Source: Kudoa neothunni (taxonomy: Eukaryota > Animalia > Cnidaria). From it: a stretch of DNA of 64,000 nt. The stretch lies in assembly GCA_964304625.1 (NCBI GenBank), contig OZ199839.1, forward strand, positions 7,134,234 to 7,198,233, in the 5' to 3' direction. How positions within the stretch are numbered: the stretch's first letter is position 1; every line of letters starts with the position of its first letter. Made by a program: the position numbers and the translations under genes. Positions 52,344 through 64,000 of this stretch are shown here, piece by piece. Under the pieces are notes generated by a model. The model was not told where the DNA came from. It searched no databases and saw only the letters and a list, made by a program, of their open reading frames with translations.

Positions 52344-54655
52344 TTATTCAGGGGAGGTGCTTTCTGGGCCATTGGACGAATGAGGTGTATTAGATTCATC
52401 GGTATGCTCCTCAGTTGAGATGTGATTGGAGTTAACTTCATTATTGGATGTTGGAACGGTTGTAGGATCTTGTTGTGACGATTCATCATCATCATCATCA
52501 TCATCATCAACAATTGTACCATTGAACATAAGATCCTCTTGTTGGTTAGCATCGTCGTTGTTAGGGTTAATAGTTTCTCCCGCGTTGTTGCTACTGGTGT
52601 TGTTTTCAGTAGGTTGTTCTTCTGTGAGTTCAGTGGAAGCTGTTTAAAAGATGAAATTAACCAAAGTAGAAACACAAATTCACAAAATTACAATTGTTTT
52701 CATCAGAAGAAGCTTCCTCTTCGTTGTCGTCAGCGTCATCACCTTCATCACTGGATGGGGATTGTTCTTCGATGGATTCGAACGTTTTTTTTGCTGTCCA
52801 GCAGTTTAATTTTCTTAATTGGGCGCTATAAATGGTTTAATCAAATAAAGTGTAACCACAGCTGGTAGTATTACGGTGGAGCGTTTCTCAGAGATAACCT
52901 CATATAGTTGATCATCATCCAATTCTTCATGATCATCGTGCGTTTCTCTGTATTTGCTAATTAAAGCTTTCTTTGCCAAAAAGTTATCTGAACAATTATG
53001 GATTGTTGATATTAAACACAAACTAAACAAGATACTCAATTCTTCAGACTTTTTTTTGATAACGTTCCACACTTCATGCGCTTGTGAAGGTTTCATCTTT
53101 ACAAATAAATAGATCGATTATTGAATATAATAATATTGATTGAGATTCCCATACACTAAGCGAAACGAAACGTATATTCTCCACATCATTCATATAGCTG
53201 GCCTGCATAAGAATAGTGTTTTCAGAGGGAAGATCGATAACAATATTAGGCCACAGTTTGAAGTTGAGAACAGGTCGTTGAAGTGATAACGATCTTGCAA
53301 CTAGAAGATCGAAACAATCGCATAAATACCCGGACAAAAATGGTCACAATAGTTTGAATGTTTATCAACAACATACTGATTCTTGTATAAAATTTATCTT
53401 TGGGATCATCTTCCTTACGTGTGTATTCGTTCACATGTAAATTTACCATTCCAATACTTTTCCACGAATTACTTTCTTTGTCGAAAAGAAACAATTTACA
53501 AGTGGTCTAACAAAATGAAATAATTAGATTGAGAATAAGGTCAACTCTAACGCGTGAAATAACTAAATGCTATACATCTAAAAGAGTGTTTTCATTTTCT
53601 TCGCCTGTTGGTTGTGATTCGTCGATAGGTTGTAAAGGTTGGTCGAGTTGAACTGGTAGAAATAGGTTGGAGTTGGGGTCTTTATCCACATCATTGCTGC
53701 TGTATCTAAACCAAGTGAGATTTGAACTCATTTGATGGATAACAACAAGAAAAGCTATTACGCAGAAACATTTTCTGTCAAATTGTTTGAGGTGTTGGTA
53801 GCTGATTCAGCTGTACTGTCTCTTTCTTCGGTTTTGCTGGAGTTCAACTTTTCCAAAAAATTCATACCTTTTTTAGAGAGATTTGATTTATTGTCATGTA
53901 CAACTATACTCCTAGAAGTATAAACGATCAATTTGTTTCCATATTAACAAAATTGCTTAAAATTGGGAGATAATTTACTTTGCCAAAAAGGAATCCTATA
54001 AAAATATAATTATCTAATGGGGCAAACCATTTGAAATCACTTTAGAGGATAACAACTGAGCTATTCCAAACCCCGAATTTGGGCTTGATACATCCATATA
54101 AAATACAATCGGCTGAATAAATAATTTTACTTTGAATCATTTGGAATAGGTTCTTCAAATTTAGGTACCTACACCAAACACAATAAACTACATTTATTAG
54201 ATTTTATTTCAATTTACACCAAATACACGGTTGGTAATTTCACCTTCGACTTCTAAACAAGAAGGATAATATTTTTCATTATCTACAATAATGCGGAGTT
54301 AATTTGTGAACAATAAGACAGAGGGCATTTAGAATAAGGATGAAACAGTGAAATTATTCGTTATTATATGTAACAATAACAATTACATGATATCATAAAA
54401 TCTCGCCTATTAAAATCGTCGCAAGGTTTGTCCCTCTTTGAATCAATGTCGAAACCTTTAATAAATCTATTGAACACACACAAACTACCAACAATAACGA
54501 AATCTACTAGTCGATGTACTGAGCCTTTTAATTGGGTTGGATTTTTCTGTTGTGAAAATTAGTTAAACGCAATTATAAAACTAAAAACAACTTTGTTCGT
54601 GCAAAATGTCATCTATACTAAACCCAGAATCTCTTTCGCCACCTTGCTCTGCCAT
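52344..54655 (-). CDS. RANBP3: Ran-binding protein 3-like (RanBD plus FxFG region and acidic tail)
   Basis: GFLFGK motif; QPTGEENENTLLD then CKLFLFDKESNSWKSIGMVNLHVN and PVLNFKLWPN (RanBD); poly-Asp C-terminus. Start tentative; Nup50 is the alternative call. Confidence 0.8.
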
Positions 54656-55298
54656 TGCTCATATGCTGTCGGGATTAATCGGATGGGCGATTTAATTTTC
54701 TAGATATTTTCAAGAGTGTCCCTAGCACATTAATTGGATTTTACGATTACGAATAATATCAATAAATTGAGTATTGTCATTTTAAATCTGTTCAGAGAAC
54801 ATTAGCATTAAATCAAGCATAATCAATTCAAACCGTCAATAGTAAATGTATTTAAATAAGCTCTTTGGACATTTGAATGGTGATAAATCTTTTTGCTAAA
54901 AATTACTGAAATAATTAAGTCATTTGTTATGAATATATATAATGATTCCAAGTTTCTGAGAGGCTAATCCTAAAAATTTCCGGAAAAGGCCGACATGTGA
55001 TTTATGGATTATGATTATATGGTTGGAACAAATTTTACGCTACATTCTGCCGCTAGCGCTTAAATTAATGTGAGAAAAATTTTGTCGAGTAATTGAAAAA
55101 ATGAAAAGAAATTGGCGCCAAAAGTAGTAAAATTGAATAAGTTACTATGAGTGGAAAGCCAATTTTATTAATTATTTGCGTTATTAACTGTGGATGTAAA
55201 AATTGTGGATTTTTATTAATAAAAATTTGTTGGAGATAAATATTTTTTTCTTTTTTAACTTACTTGTGGCACTGAAGTTTTTAATTTTAGATGATAAC

Positions 55299-56070
55299 TA
55301 CGCTTGCGAGTTGTACATTTTTTATCTCGCTAATTTCTATTTATAATTGATGTAAAAAAATAATTTTTTATAATTTACCGTAGTTAATTATTTTTGACTT
55401 GTCGCTACCACTCATAGAATTCAAAATTAATTAACCACAGTCAAAACTATACCTACCTGGATAATATAATCCGTGTCAATAGCCACTTCCTAAATCTTTT
55501 GTGTCGATAAAACGCTATATTATTTCAAAACTGGTATGTGGAGATGGAAGTAACATTCAAAAAATTAGAAAATATTTGCACAACATGAATGCATTAATCA
55601 GAGAAGATGTACTCATGTTAACTTTGGATTTAATTCTGTACATAAATAAAACATCAATTAGGAGATTTGTAAGTATGCGATGTACAATGAGCGTTGAATG
55701 ATTGGCAGAATAAATAATCCGATATTTAAATCCTATGCACAAAAAAATTAATGTTGAACATATCATGATTAATTCACGCGAATTTACTCAATTTACGAAA
55801 TTTTATGCGCATTTTTTCCATTTAATATAATCGAATGACGCCGTTTCTGTTTATTATGTCGTAATTCGCATTCAATTGGATCCCATTTTCTACTATCTTT
55901 ATTATATAGACAGGGGCTATTGTAACGCATCATAATATCAAAGTGAGTGTAGTTTTGATTGTAGTTAATTATTTTTGAATTCTAAGAGTGGTAGCGATAG
56001 GACAAAAATAATTAAATACGGCAGATTATAAAAAATAAATGAGATTAAAAATATATATCGCGCGTGCGTA
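55299..56070. repeat. Two inverted copies of the unclassified dispersed repeat, about 425 nt apart
   Basis: 55299-55490 aligns as reverse complement with 55915-56070 (TCGCTACCACTCATAGAATTCAAAA / TTTTGAATTCTAAGAGTGGTAGCGA). Confidence 0.65.
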
Positions 56071-56084
56071 CATGCCGCTTAGAA

Positions 56085-56246
56085 CAGGGGTTCCTGCACA
56101 TTAGGGGATGCGAGATCAGATCAAAATTGAAAAAATTGTTGATAAATTTTAGGTCAGTTACATCTTATCGTACACAATGGGATGGATGCGAATTTCGTTT
56201 CGTCGTAAAATGCGGGTGTGAGTCCAATTTTAGTTGGGAAGCGCTC
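56085..56246. mobile_element. hAT MITE family B copy
   Basis: CAGGGGTTCC ... GGGAAGCGCTC; TSD GCTTAGAA/GTTTAGAA. Confidence 0.7.
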
Positions 56247-56408
56247 GTTTAGAATTAAAAATAGGAAGTCGCTATTGGCATGTAAATAATATTCAGGTGA
56301 CGCTAGTTTTGAATATATTTAAAATTATTTCTGGCCCAATGAGCGTAGTGGTAGGTTAGAAATCCATCTATACCTATTATACATAAAGTTGTAATGTTCG
56401 TGTGCATC

Positions 56409-58655
56409 CAGGGCCACCCCTGGGGTGTACAAAACCCAAGTTTAAGTAAAAAAATATAGAATCGTATCTATTATAGTTTTTAATTTTCTGTCGATTCTAT
56501 AACTACGTCTTCAGATTTAAATTTATCGTCTTATTATTTCAGCTTTTTGGCGCGAACACCCACTCATACTTAATATCTAGCATAGATCAACATACTCACA
56601 GTTAATTATTTCATAGTTCAATATATACTTAGGAGTAACATTTAAATTTTCTAATAATGTGCGACTATGTTCATTGAGTAATTATGCAGTTGTGTCAAAT
56701 TATCCTCAGAAAACTTTGGGGTCAATTTGAACTCAAGATATGATTAAAACCAATATCACTTTTTGCGCGCTCTTTAGAATTTCTCTATTATCCTAAATAT
56801 TGTATACAGTATATAACAATAAAATTAGGGTGAAAATAATTACAATAATGGCGTGAAAAATTTTTTATCTTCGGAGGACTTTTGAGATCAAATTGACCCC
56901 AGGTTTTCATTTTACGATTTTATCGTATAAAATTTTTAAAAAGTAAAGGAGTGATGTTTTTTTTAATTCTATCCACTCATTCTTTGGTAAAATAGTGATT
57001 AATATATTATTTAATCTGTGTTAATATCTTATTAACAACCTCGGATCCTCTTCTCAAATTATCGTGAAAAAGTGATACTTCGCGTACATTGTTTTAGTTG
57101 ACAAATTGTAGACTATATATTCCTCGCGCAAAAAAAAGCAATTATATAAATTTTTAAAAATTTGATCGGGAATTATCAGATTATTTGAACAATTCTTACA
57201 TCTCTTCGATGATTGAACTGAGCAATAGTATTTATTGCAACATGAGCATGTGGGTTGAGTTTTTTCATCAGTTCCTTGAGGGCAATATTCACATTAACGT
57301 CTTTTTTTCGGCGATTTGAAAATTGTTAGTCCAGGTCCCTAACTAGGATGATTTTGTTTTGTGGTATTTTGAGTTCCCATGCAATCCCTGATTTACTGAC
57401 ATTTGAATTTATGAGTATTGTTGTCTCCATTGAATCAGATGAATCTTACGATGATTCTAGTTAATAACTGAATTCGCTGTAATCACTCGTCGACATTTGC
57501 TTAGTTAGATTTGAACACTAACTGACAGTTAAAGTTTAGGATAAAATGACAAACTGAAAAAGTATTACGGTCTAAGTGAAAATAAATAATAGTTGTTATT
57601 TTCGGGTATGCAGTCAATTATTGTTTATAAAAAATTAACATAAAAATGTTTTTCGCGAAATAGAACACAAATTATTATTTTATACGATAAATTAGCTATT
57701 AAACAATGGCTTACATTTTAGGATCATTTCCTAACAGCTGACGAATAATTACGTAAAAGATTTGACAGGATTAATTGTTATTTTTCACATTGTGGATAAA
57801 ATGCAGAATGATGGCCGAATTTTCAGATTATAGATTATAACTAGTTGGAATATTAATCCTATATCGTGAAACCAAATTAGTGTTATATTTATGATATAAT
57901 TTCTGGTGGGAGTTACTTAACGTCGGCCAATAAATTATTGCTGATATTATGGTTATGCCTTTGTCACAATTAAACACCTAATGCTTGCGTAAAATACAAA
58001 TTCTGTTTTCTTATATACATAGAATTAATAGTAGGCAATCGCTAAGGATGAAATTTAATAATCCGACAAAATTAGAGTTCTTCGACTTAAACTCTACAAC
58101 ACATAAAGCATGCTTTACTTGAGCCAACTTAATTGATGATATAGCCTGTCGAAATAATCGCGAGGGACTAGGAGTTCTCTGCATTAATAGATTGCTGCAA
58201 ATGCTATTGTGATGACAAATAGCTATTGCTGAAAGTATCCTACTGAATACGCAACACCGATCAATAATACTCATTATATAAATATTCAACGGGTTCGTTT
58301 TTGTACGTTGTCGCTGATTTGGATAACGGCCAATATGATGCCTTTTTACCCTAGTTTACCAAATAATAATCTGGGTTCAAATTGACCCTAAGACACTTCT
58401 GAAGATGATTTTTAGCGACTTTAGAAGGTTAAACAATCTAATTCGTTTTCGTTCAACATTGTAAATGTTGAACCCTGCACGATATTATCTGAATAGTATA
58501 CATTGTTAAAAATATAAATATTAACGCCACACAAAAAATGTGTTATAATTAAACGTTTACAAATTTTTTAAAAAATGAGAAAACCCCTAAGAACACAAGG
58601 TGACCATAAAACCTCCCATGATCTTGGGAAAATTCCAAGCTCTGGCAGCCCCCTG
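56409..58655. mobile_element. hAT family A copy 3
   Basis: CAGGGCCACC ... CTCTGGCAGCCCC; the two halves rejoin to match copy 2 when 56704-58428 is removed. Confidence 0.75.
56704..58428 (-). mobile_element. Internally deleted piggyBac element nested in hAT copy 3
   Basis: Inserted at the TTAA seen empty in copy 2 (TGTTAAACAATC); GGGTCAAWTTGAMC palindromes; minus-strand C-terminal Cys-rich domain KKRR*CEYCPQGTDEKTQPTCSCCNKYYC...RCKNC near 57188-57315. Confidence 0.8.
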
Positions 58656-60210
58656 TGTCAACAAGTGCGCATGCACAGTAAAAAAATTTTTCCTTATAGA
58701 GCAGGGCTCTCCGATTTTTTTTCCGAGACTTATACTTTGAGTCAATGAAAAATTGTACGGGGAGCATGCTTTTTACATAGATGTACAGTTTCTAAGTAAT
58801 CAGAGTCCTTCTCAAAAATATATCATGTAGGATTCGTGCGCAATGAAAGCTGAGATAAGTCTGATAAACAAATAGTCGTTTGGTATATTTTACAGAAAAT
58901 TAATTCATTTTCAATCCACTATTTTCTATCTATTGGTATACGAAATAATAATGAAAATTTATCTCTTTTCCAGTCATAAATAAATTACAGTTGTGCACGG
59001 ATATTACGCACTTTTTTGGAACAAAGACTCAAGTGCGTAATAAACCTACACTATTTAATATCCATTGGTGTGCGTGCGCATATGTGGAAAATTTAAGGGT
59101 GCGCGACCCTTTTTTCTGTTTATTTTTTTATTCTCTCGTTGCACTAATAATGAAGTTAATAGAGTGATGTGAAAAATTTTGGTGATAATTTTTGTTGTTC
59201 ACAGAGTATTTTGAGAGTTAATAGGATAGTTTAAGACAGAATTATTTGTTCAACAAGAAATTTGTTATTTGTTATTTCTCTTGTTTTAGTTTTAAACGAA
59301 GCTTATTTTATTCTGCAAAAGGAAAAATTTAATTTTGTAATGTGTTCCAGCATTTCGGTGCGATGGACCTGGAATTTAACTGTATTTCTTTTAGATTTTC
59401 TATTTAATTCGTTCATTTTTAGAATAACTCTCGAAGCAAACTCATGGAGCTGCCCTCGACCTACATTTATAGGAGTATTGTCTTTCGTGTCGTCTTTTGT
59501 GTCATTGGCTAATTTATCTTCCTATTTTATTGCACTCTCTGGACAGCTTTATATTTCTCGTTCTCGAAAGTTCGATCCATTCATTCACCTATTCTTATAT
59601 CGAGTAGTTTGAATTTTTTTAAGAGTTTAGCGATAAATCTTAAATCACTTGAAATAACGTCTGAAAATATTTTTGATTTTATTGATACAATTGTATTCGA
59701 TGTGGTACCTTCGCGCGCGCGCGCAAATAAATTAATCGAGGACATACCTCACGCCAGATCTTTGGCCTCGCGCATATACCACTCGCAGTCAACAATCCTG
59801 ATTATCAAACCTGCGCCATTTAACTAATTACGATCGGCGATTATAACCATAAGCTTTTATAAATTATTTTAATTTAATTATTTACATTGTTGTTGTACTT
59901 CTAACTATAGAATATAATCTACTATTACGCATAATACCATTTTTTAATCAAAACCATGTTTTTATATTCTAACAATCATATAATTTATTTAAACTTTTGT
60001 AGTTGAATGTAATGTGCATTAAGTCCATTGATAGGATAAATTATAGATGGAATATTTAATAAATTTAATTTTGCTTTTTTCGCGGACGCGTTGTTGTGTT
60101 TTCACCTGCTCTCTACTATGATACAATAAAAACTGAATATAACTTTACCTAAAATTCAAGTCGCCTTAGCTGCTTTAACATTTCTAATGAACATATATTT
60201 ATTGAAATAA

Positions 60211-61179
60211 CTAAAACAAATTTAAATAGATATAATCTCCAATTATGTGTAAAAATAACCTCTTATACATATATTTTCTGGTTCCATTTAATGGCAAAGA
60301 TAATTTTAATTGGCGCCAGGTAGATTCAATTGTATTAGTATGCGTCCCATCTTTAGTAACGAAACACTTACTGTGATTTACAGCTCGATGTCTGTATCCC
60401 ATACTTCCGAGCGATTTATAAACTTTAGTGGCATCCGTAAATATTGTTGTCCCTGAATTTTATTATTTTCTTGGTCCCCATAAAAAATACCTGGCATTAT
60501 GTATTTTTTAATTAACGGAAACAATATGGTATGGTTTCTTTTTTTTACAGGAATAGCAAAAATTCGGTTGGTTCCACGTTCAATGCCGTCAAACACCCAT
60601 TACCCTTCTATCCTCCGACCACGATTATATTTCCTTTTTCCAAATTTGGACTCATCTATCTCGACAATCTTTCCAAGCCCTAGTAATTAATTATATATGA
60701 TTGAAATAATTGGTTACCTCCAATTGGTTGAGATTCAAGTAATAGGATTTCTCCACAAAGGAATCTAAATTCCCTTCTCCAATCCACAAGAGTTGCGACG
60801 GATCCTAGGCGTAAATCCGATTGGATAAATGAATTTTTGCAATTATGCAACCAGTAGTAAATCATAAAGAGTATTGTCTACACTGAAAAATTAACATAGT
60901 TACTAACAATATTTTTACTCTTAATTTCATGTTTGAAAATTGGAGCAAGGAATTTAATCTTATAGAAGTGAATTTTCTGTATTTTTTATTGTTGCAGCGC
61001 CATGCAACCTTGTCGAGCTTCATTTTGGACTCTTTGACTAATTTTACCGTTCCAGTAGTACATTTTGTGAAAATGCCATTCCTGTTTTTTAAAACATTAA
61101 ACCAAATCAAAAACATTATAAGGTATTATTTACTTGAGGAAATCTTATATATTTTACCAGTGTTAAAGATCTTTGTCAT
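60211..61179 (-). mobile_element. Merlin (ISXO2-like DDE) transposase pseudogene with three spliceosomal introns
   Basis: Spliced QPIGG|LGKIVEIDESKFGKRKYNRGR, IMPG|TTIFTD, YRHRAVNHS, GTHTNTIESTW; introns 60878-60918, 60680-60717, 60453-60490; premature stop in RIEG*WVF. Confidence 0.92.
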
Positions 61180-62631
61180 AGTCGCTTTTTAACCACGTGT
61201 TTTATCGTAAAGACGTAACGTTGTTTTCCACAGTGAAATAACAATTCAGAAATCTTTTATAATTAATACATAAAGATTTATTTTGTCCCGTTTTATGGTT
61301 TACACTGTTATTTCTTTTAAAAAAATATTTTGACGAATCATTTGAAATACTTATCATATTTTTGTGCTATGCTTATGTCAATATTATATTGTTACGTAAT
61401 AAATTAATCTAATAAATAAATAAAGCTGTTTATACGAGAGTAACTGAACATATATTCAAAGCTTATTTATTTCATAATTGTTTTTAATTAAATTATTAAA
61501 ATACTTAATCATTCTAATATTAATAAAATAGATAATTTTTTATAATATGTAATTATATATGTTTGTTAATGGCGTGATAATTCCATACGTGAGCGACTGT
61601 ATTCGAATAAATCTGGCATGAGTTACCAACTAGGCTTGATGCTATCTTAATAGTGTTATTTTTCAATGTGGTTTCCAACTTTTTACCATTAATAGATAAA
61701 ATATCCCAAAATAAAGTAGTTTTTATAATAAATCACGTGTATGGTGTCATTAAATATATTCGAGGTGTCAGATTTTTTAAATATTATTTAAATTTATTCT
61801 ATTTCCATGTGTATTTTATGGTAAACAAATATAAAAAGTAACAACATATTTGTCATTGGTTTTTGATGTTGACATTTAAATGAATATGCTATCATAACGA
61901 GCGTTAGAACGATCCAATCTATGTATAAAAATTTGTAAAACTAAAACACTTGCCGGTGCATTGTTTGGTGATATTTATGAATCAAATAAAGAGAGAGCAG
62001 ATAGGAAATTCGCAGAAATTATGGGGAACGTGACGTTATCTCTGCGCATGTGTGGGCACCACCAATTCTAAAGTGGAGGGGTTAAACTTTAATTAGCGTC
62101 AAGATTAAGTTATTTATTTTTGTTGTTAGATTATTTTAAATTTTTATACTTCAAATTAGAATCAATGTGCATTAAAAAATTATATAAACTAAAACTTTAC
62201 ATTCGAGATAGGATCACACGATTATTTTTCTCATTTAATTTATAATTAATTAATCTGAAAAAACTACAAAATCCAACATTCCGTCGAGGAAAACCAAAGG
62301 CACTGGCAGTTGACACGGAAGTTTTCAATCCAAAATGGCAAGCAAGGTCACGCATTATCCATTTTTAATCCCGACAACTCCTATCTATAGTTTATTTATA
62401 AAGTTAGTTTCTTAGAATATGCTATATTTAATTATTTTTGGCACATCGCCTCGCTCCCGGTGGCCAAAAATAGTTAAATACGCTAAAAACTATACCTACC
62501 TGGATATTACTATCCGTGTCTATAGCCACGCTCTTGTTAATATATGGTCGGAGTTGATACACCCCTGCCAGAAGTGATCATGATTTTAATTTCGTTGTTC
62601 ACAGTTGTTAAAAGCATGATTCTTACAAAAA

Positions 62632-63040
62632 ATGGTAAAAATGTATCATAGTGGCCGTAATCCAAATCAGCAACAACGTACAAAAACGAACCTGTTGAAT
62701 ATTTTAATAATAAGTATTAATCAGTGTTACGTCATCTGTAGGGTACTTTCAGCAACCGATATTTGTCATCACAATAGCATTTGCAGTAATCTATTAATGC
62801 AGAGAACTCCTAGTCCATCGCGATTAATTCGACAGACTATACCAAAAATTAAGTTGGATTGTCATATTTCATCCTTGGCGGTTGCCTATTATTAATCTGT
62901 CTATAAGAAAAAAGAATTCGTACTTATACAAACATTAGGTGTTTAATTGTATCTAATGCGTAACCATAACATCAAAAATAATATCCAAACTAATTATAAT
63001 CTATAATCTGGAAATTAGGCCATTATTCTGCATTTTAACC
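62632..63040 (+). repeat. Repeat homologous (inverted) to about 57795-58350; probable piggyBac transposase C-terminal fragment
   Basis: Both copies translate to ICHHNSICSNLLMQRTPSPSRL; MVKMY...LLNILIISINQCYVI weakly resembles the piggyBac post-catalytic helix. Confidence 0.55.
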
Positions 63041-63609
63041 CAAAAAACATCTAGCTTTAATGTTTCTGTGAGTTAATTTGAAACATTAATATGCTTTTTA
63101 AAGTTATTAGGAAATCTCTCAGTGCTTAATATTCCCAAGCAAAGCTGGGCAGTTCTTATTAATCTCTCATGAATGAACAGAGATATTTTACTGGAATTTT
63201 TAAATAATAAATTTTCTGGTAAACAGACTTGCAAGATCGAACAAAGTTTCCTAGTTTTGATGATCTTATTTTAATCATAGAATAGGATAGCTATATTTAT
63301 TAGCAATACGACATAGCGATTAAAATGTATTATATGGGTGTAACTATTGAATACAATATAAATCATACTTAAAATGTACATTTTAATTAGCATATGTTTA
63401 CAGTCAATATAATAAATATATATGTATTACGCGAATAAAACTCGAAGGGTATTAAAAGTATATATGAATAAACCACAAATTGGTCTGACTATTTTGACGC
63501 AGGTACCGCAACCTTGAGTGATATGCTGTGCAACCGTTTCACGTCAATAAATATATGTTGCTTCATATGTAAATATTTATTTGAAAAAATCAATTAAATT
63601 TTAATTAGG

Positions 63610-63997
63610 GTTTGTCTTGAATAATGCGGCATCTAATAATCTTGATAATTCCATCATGAAACTTACTTTCTCAAACGTGGACAATAAATATACTATTTCT
63701 CTTTCCGGATACGGAATCGAAAATAGTAGTAAAAAATGTGCCCTCCAATTTTATGAAAAAGCAACCAACGCATTCAAATTATTTTCTTCATGTGTTAATT
63801 ATATAGAAAATAGTGCTGGGGAACCAGGGTCAAGTATGTGCATCTATGACTGTAAGAAGGTTGAATTCAAAATGAATGGAGACGAATTCAAAGAAATTAA
63901 ATCTCTAAGATGGTGCCAAGGTAAAAACAATGAAGATCTAAAAATATGCCCCATCAAAAAAGTTTTTATACTCCAAGGTATAACTCATTCATGTTAG
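63610..63997 (+). CDS. Exon of a probable paralog of the 4-Cys FN3-like membrane protein (truncated by window end)
   Basis: Follows an AG acceptor near 63609; domain-sized ORF with C-x17-C-x15-CIYDC spacing like the repeats in 2491-5408. Confidence 0.6.
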
Positions 63998-64000
63998 AGT

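Noticed and set aside
52316-52868. Overlapping ORFs with poly-Met and poly-Ser
   Set aside because: Alternative frames of the (GAT)n poly-Asp tract of RANBP3.
55112-55123. E2F-like TTGGCGCCAAAA upstream of RANBP3
   Set aside because: Short motif, and TTGGCGCCA also occurs inside the Merlin transposase; cannot be supported alone.
59262-59827. Plus-strand ORFs of 116 and 72 aa
   Set aside because: No motifs recognised; likely shadows of decayed TE sequence.
59067-62063. Possible TIRs delimiting the Merlin element
   Set aside because: GGTG-start arms match only weakly and no TSD is visible, so boundaries were not called.

Overview
AT-rich eukaryotic nuclear DNA with tiny GT-AG introns (mostly about 30-70 nt), very divergent animal-type proteins and dense DNA-transposon debris. 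This profile fits a reduced parasitic metazoan such as a myxozoan, but that is inference only. Genes reconstructed by splicing: a type I membrane protein made of about 7 FN3-like repeats with an unusual 4-Cys insert (2491-5408, with a probable paralog at the right edge), ERCC4/XPF, MPI, inorganic pyrophosphatase, INTS13/Asunder (nearly invisible in the ORF track), a Tim9-like chaperone, a TBC1D10-like RabGAP, ZPR1, a neugrin-like protein, RANBP3, and several unidentified multi-exon genes. Mobile DNA includes a near-complete DD34D mariner, a decayed Tigger/pogo, an intron-containing Merlin transposase, and Merlin-, hAT-, piggyBac- and Helitron-like non-autonomous elements, several nested up to three levels deep. 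Many conserved genes are broken by single-base +1 insertions in patches; this is most likely long-read assembly error and must be checked before any pseudogene or recoding claim. No rRNA, intact tRNA or CRISPR array was seen. Reference motifs quoted are recalled from memory, not from searches.
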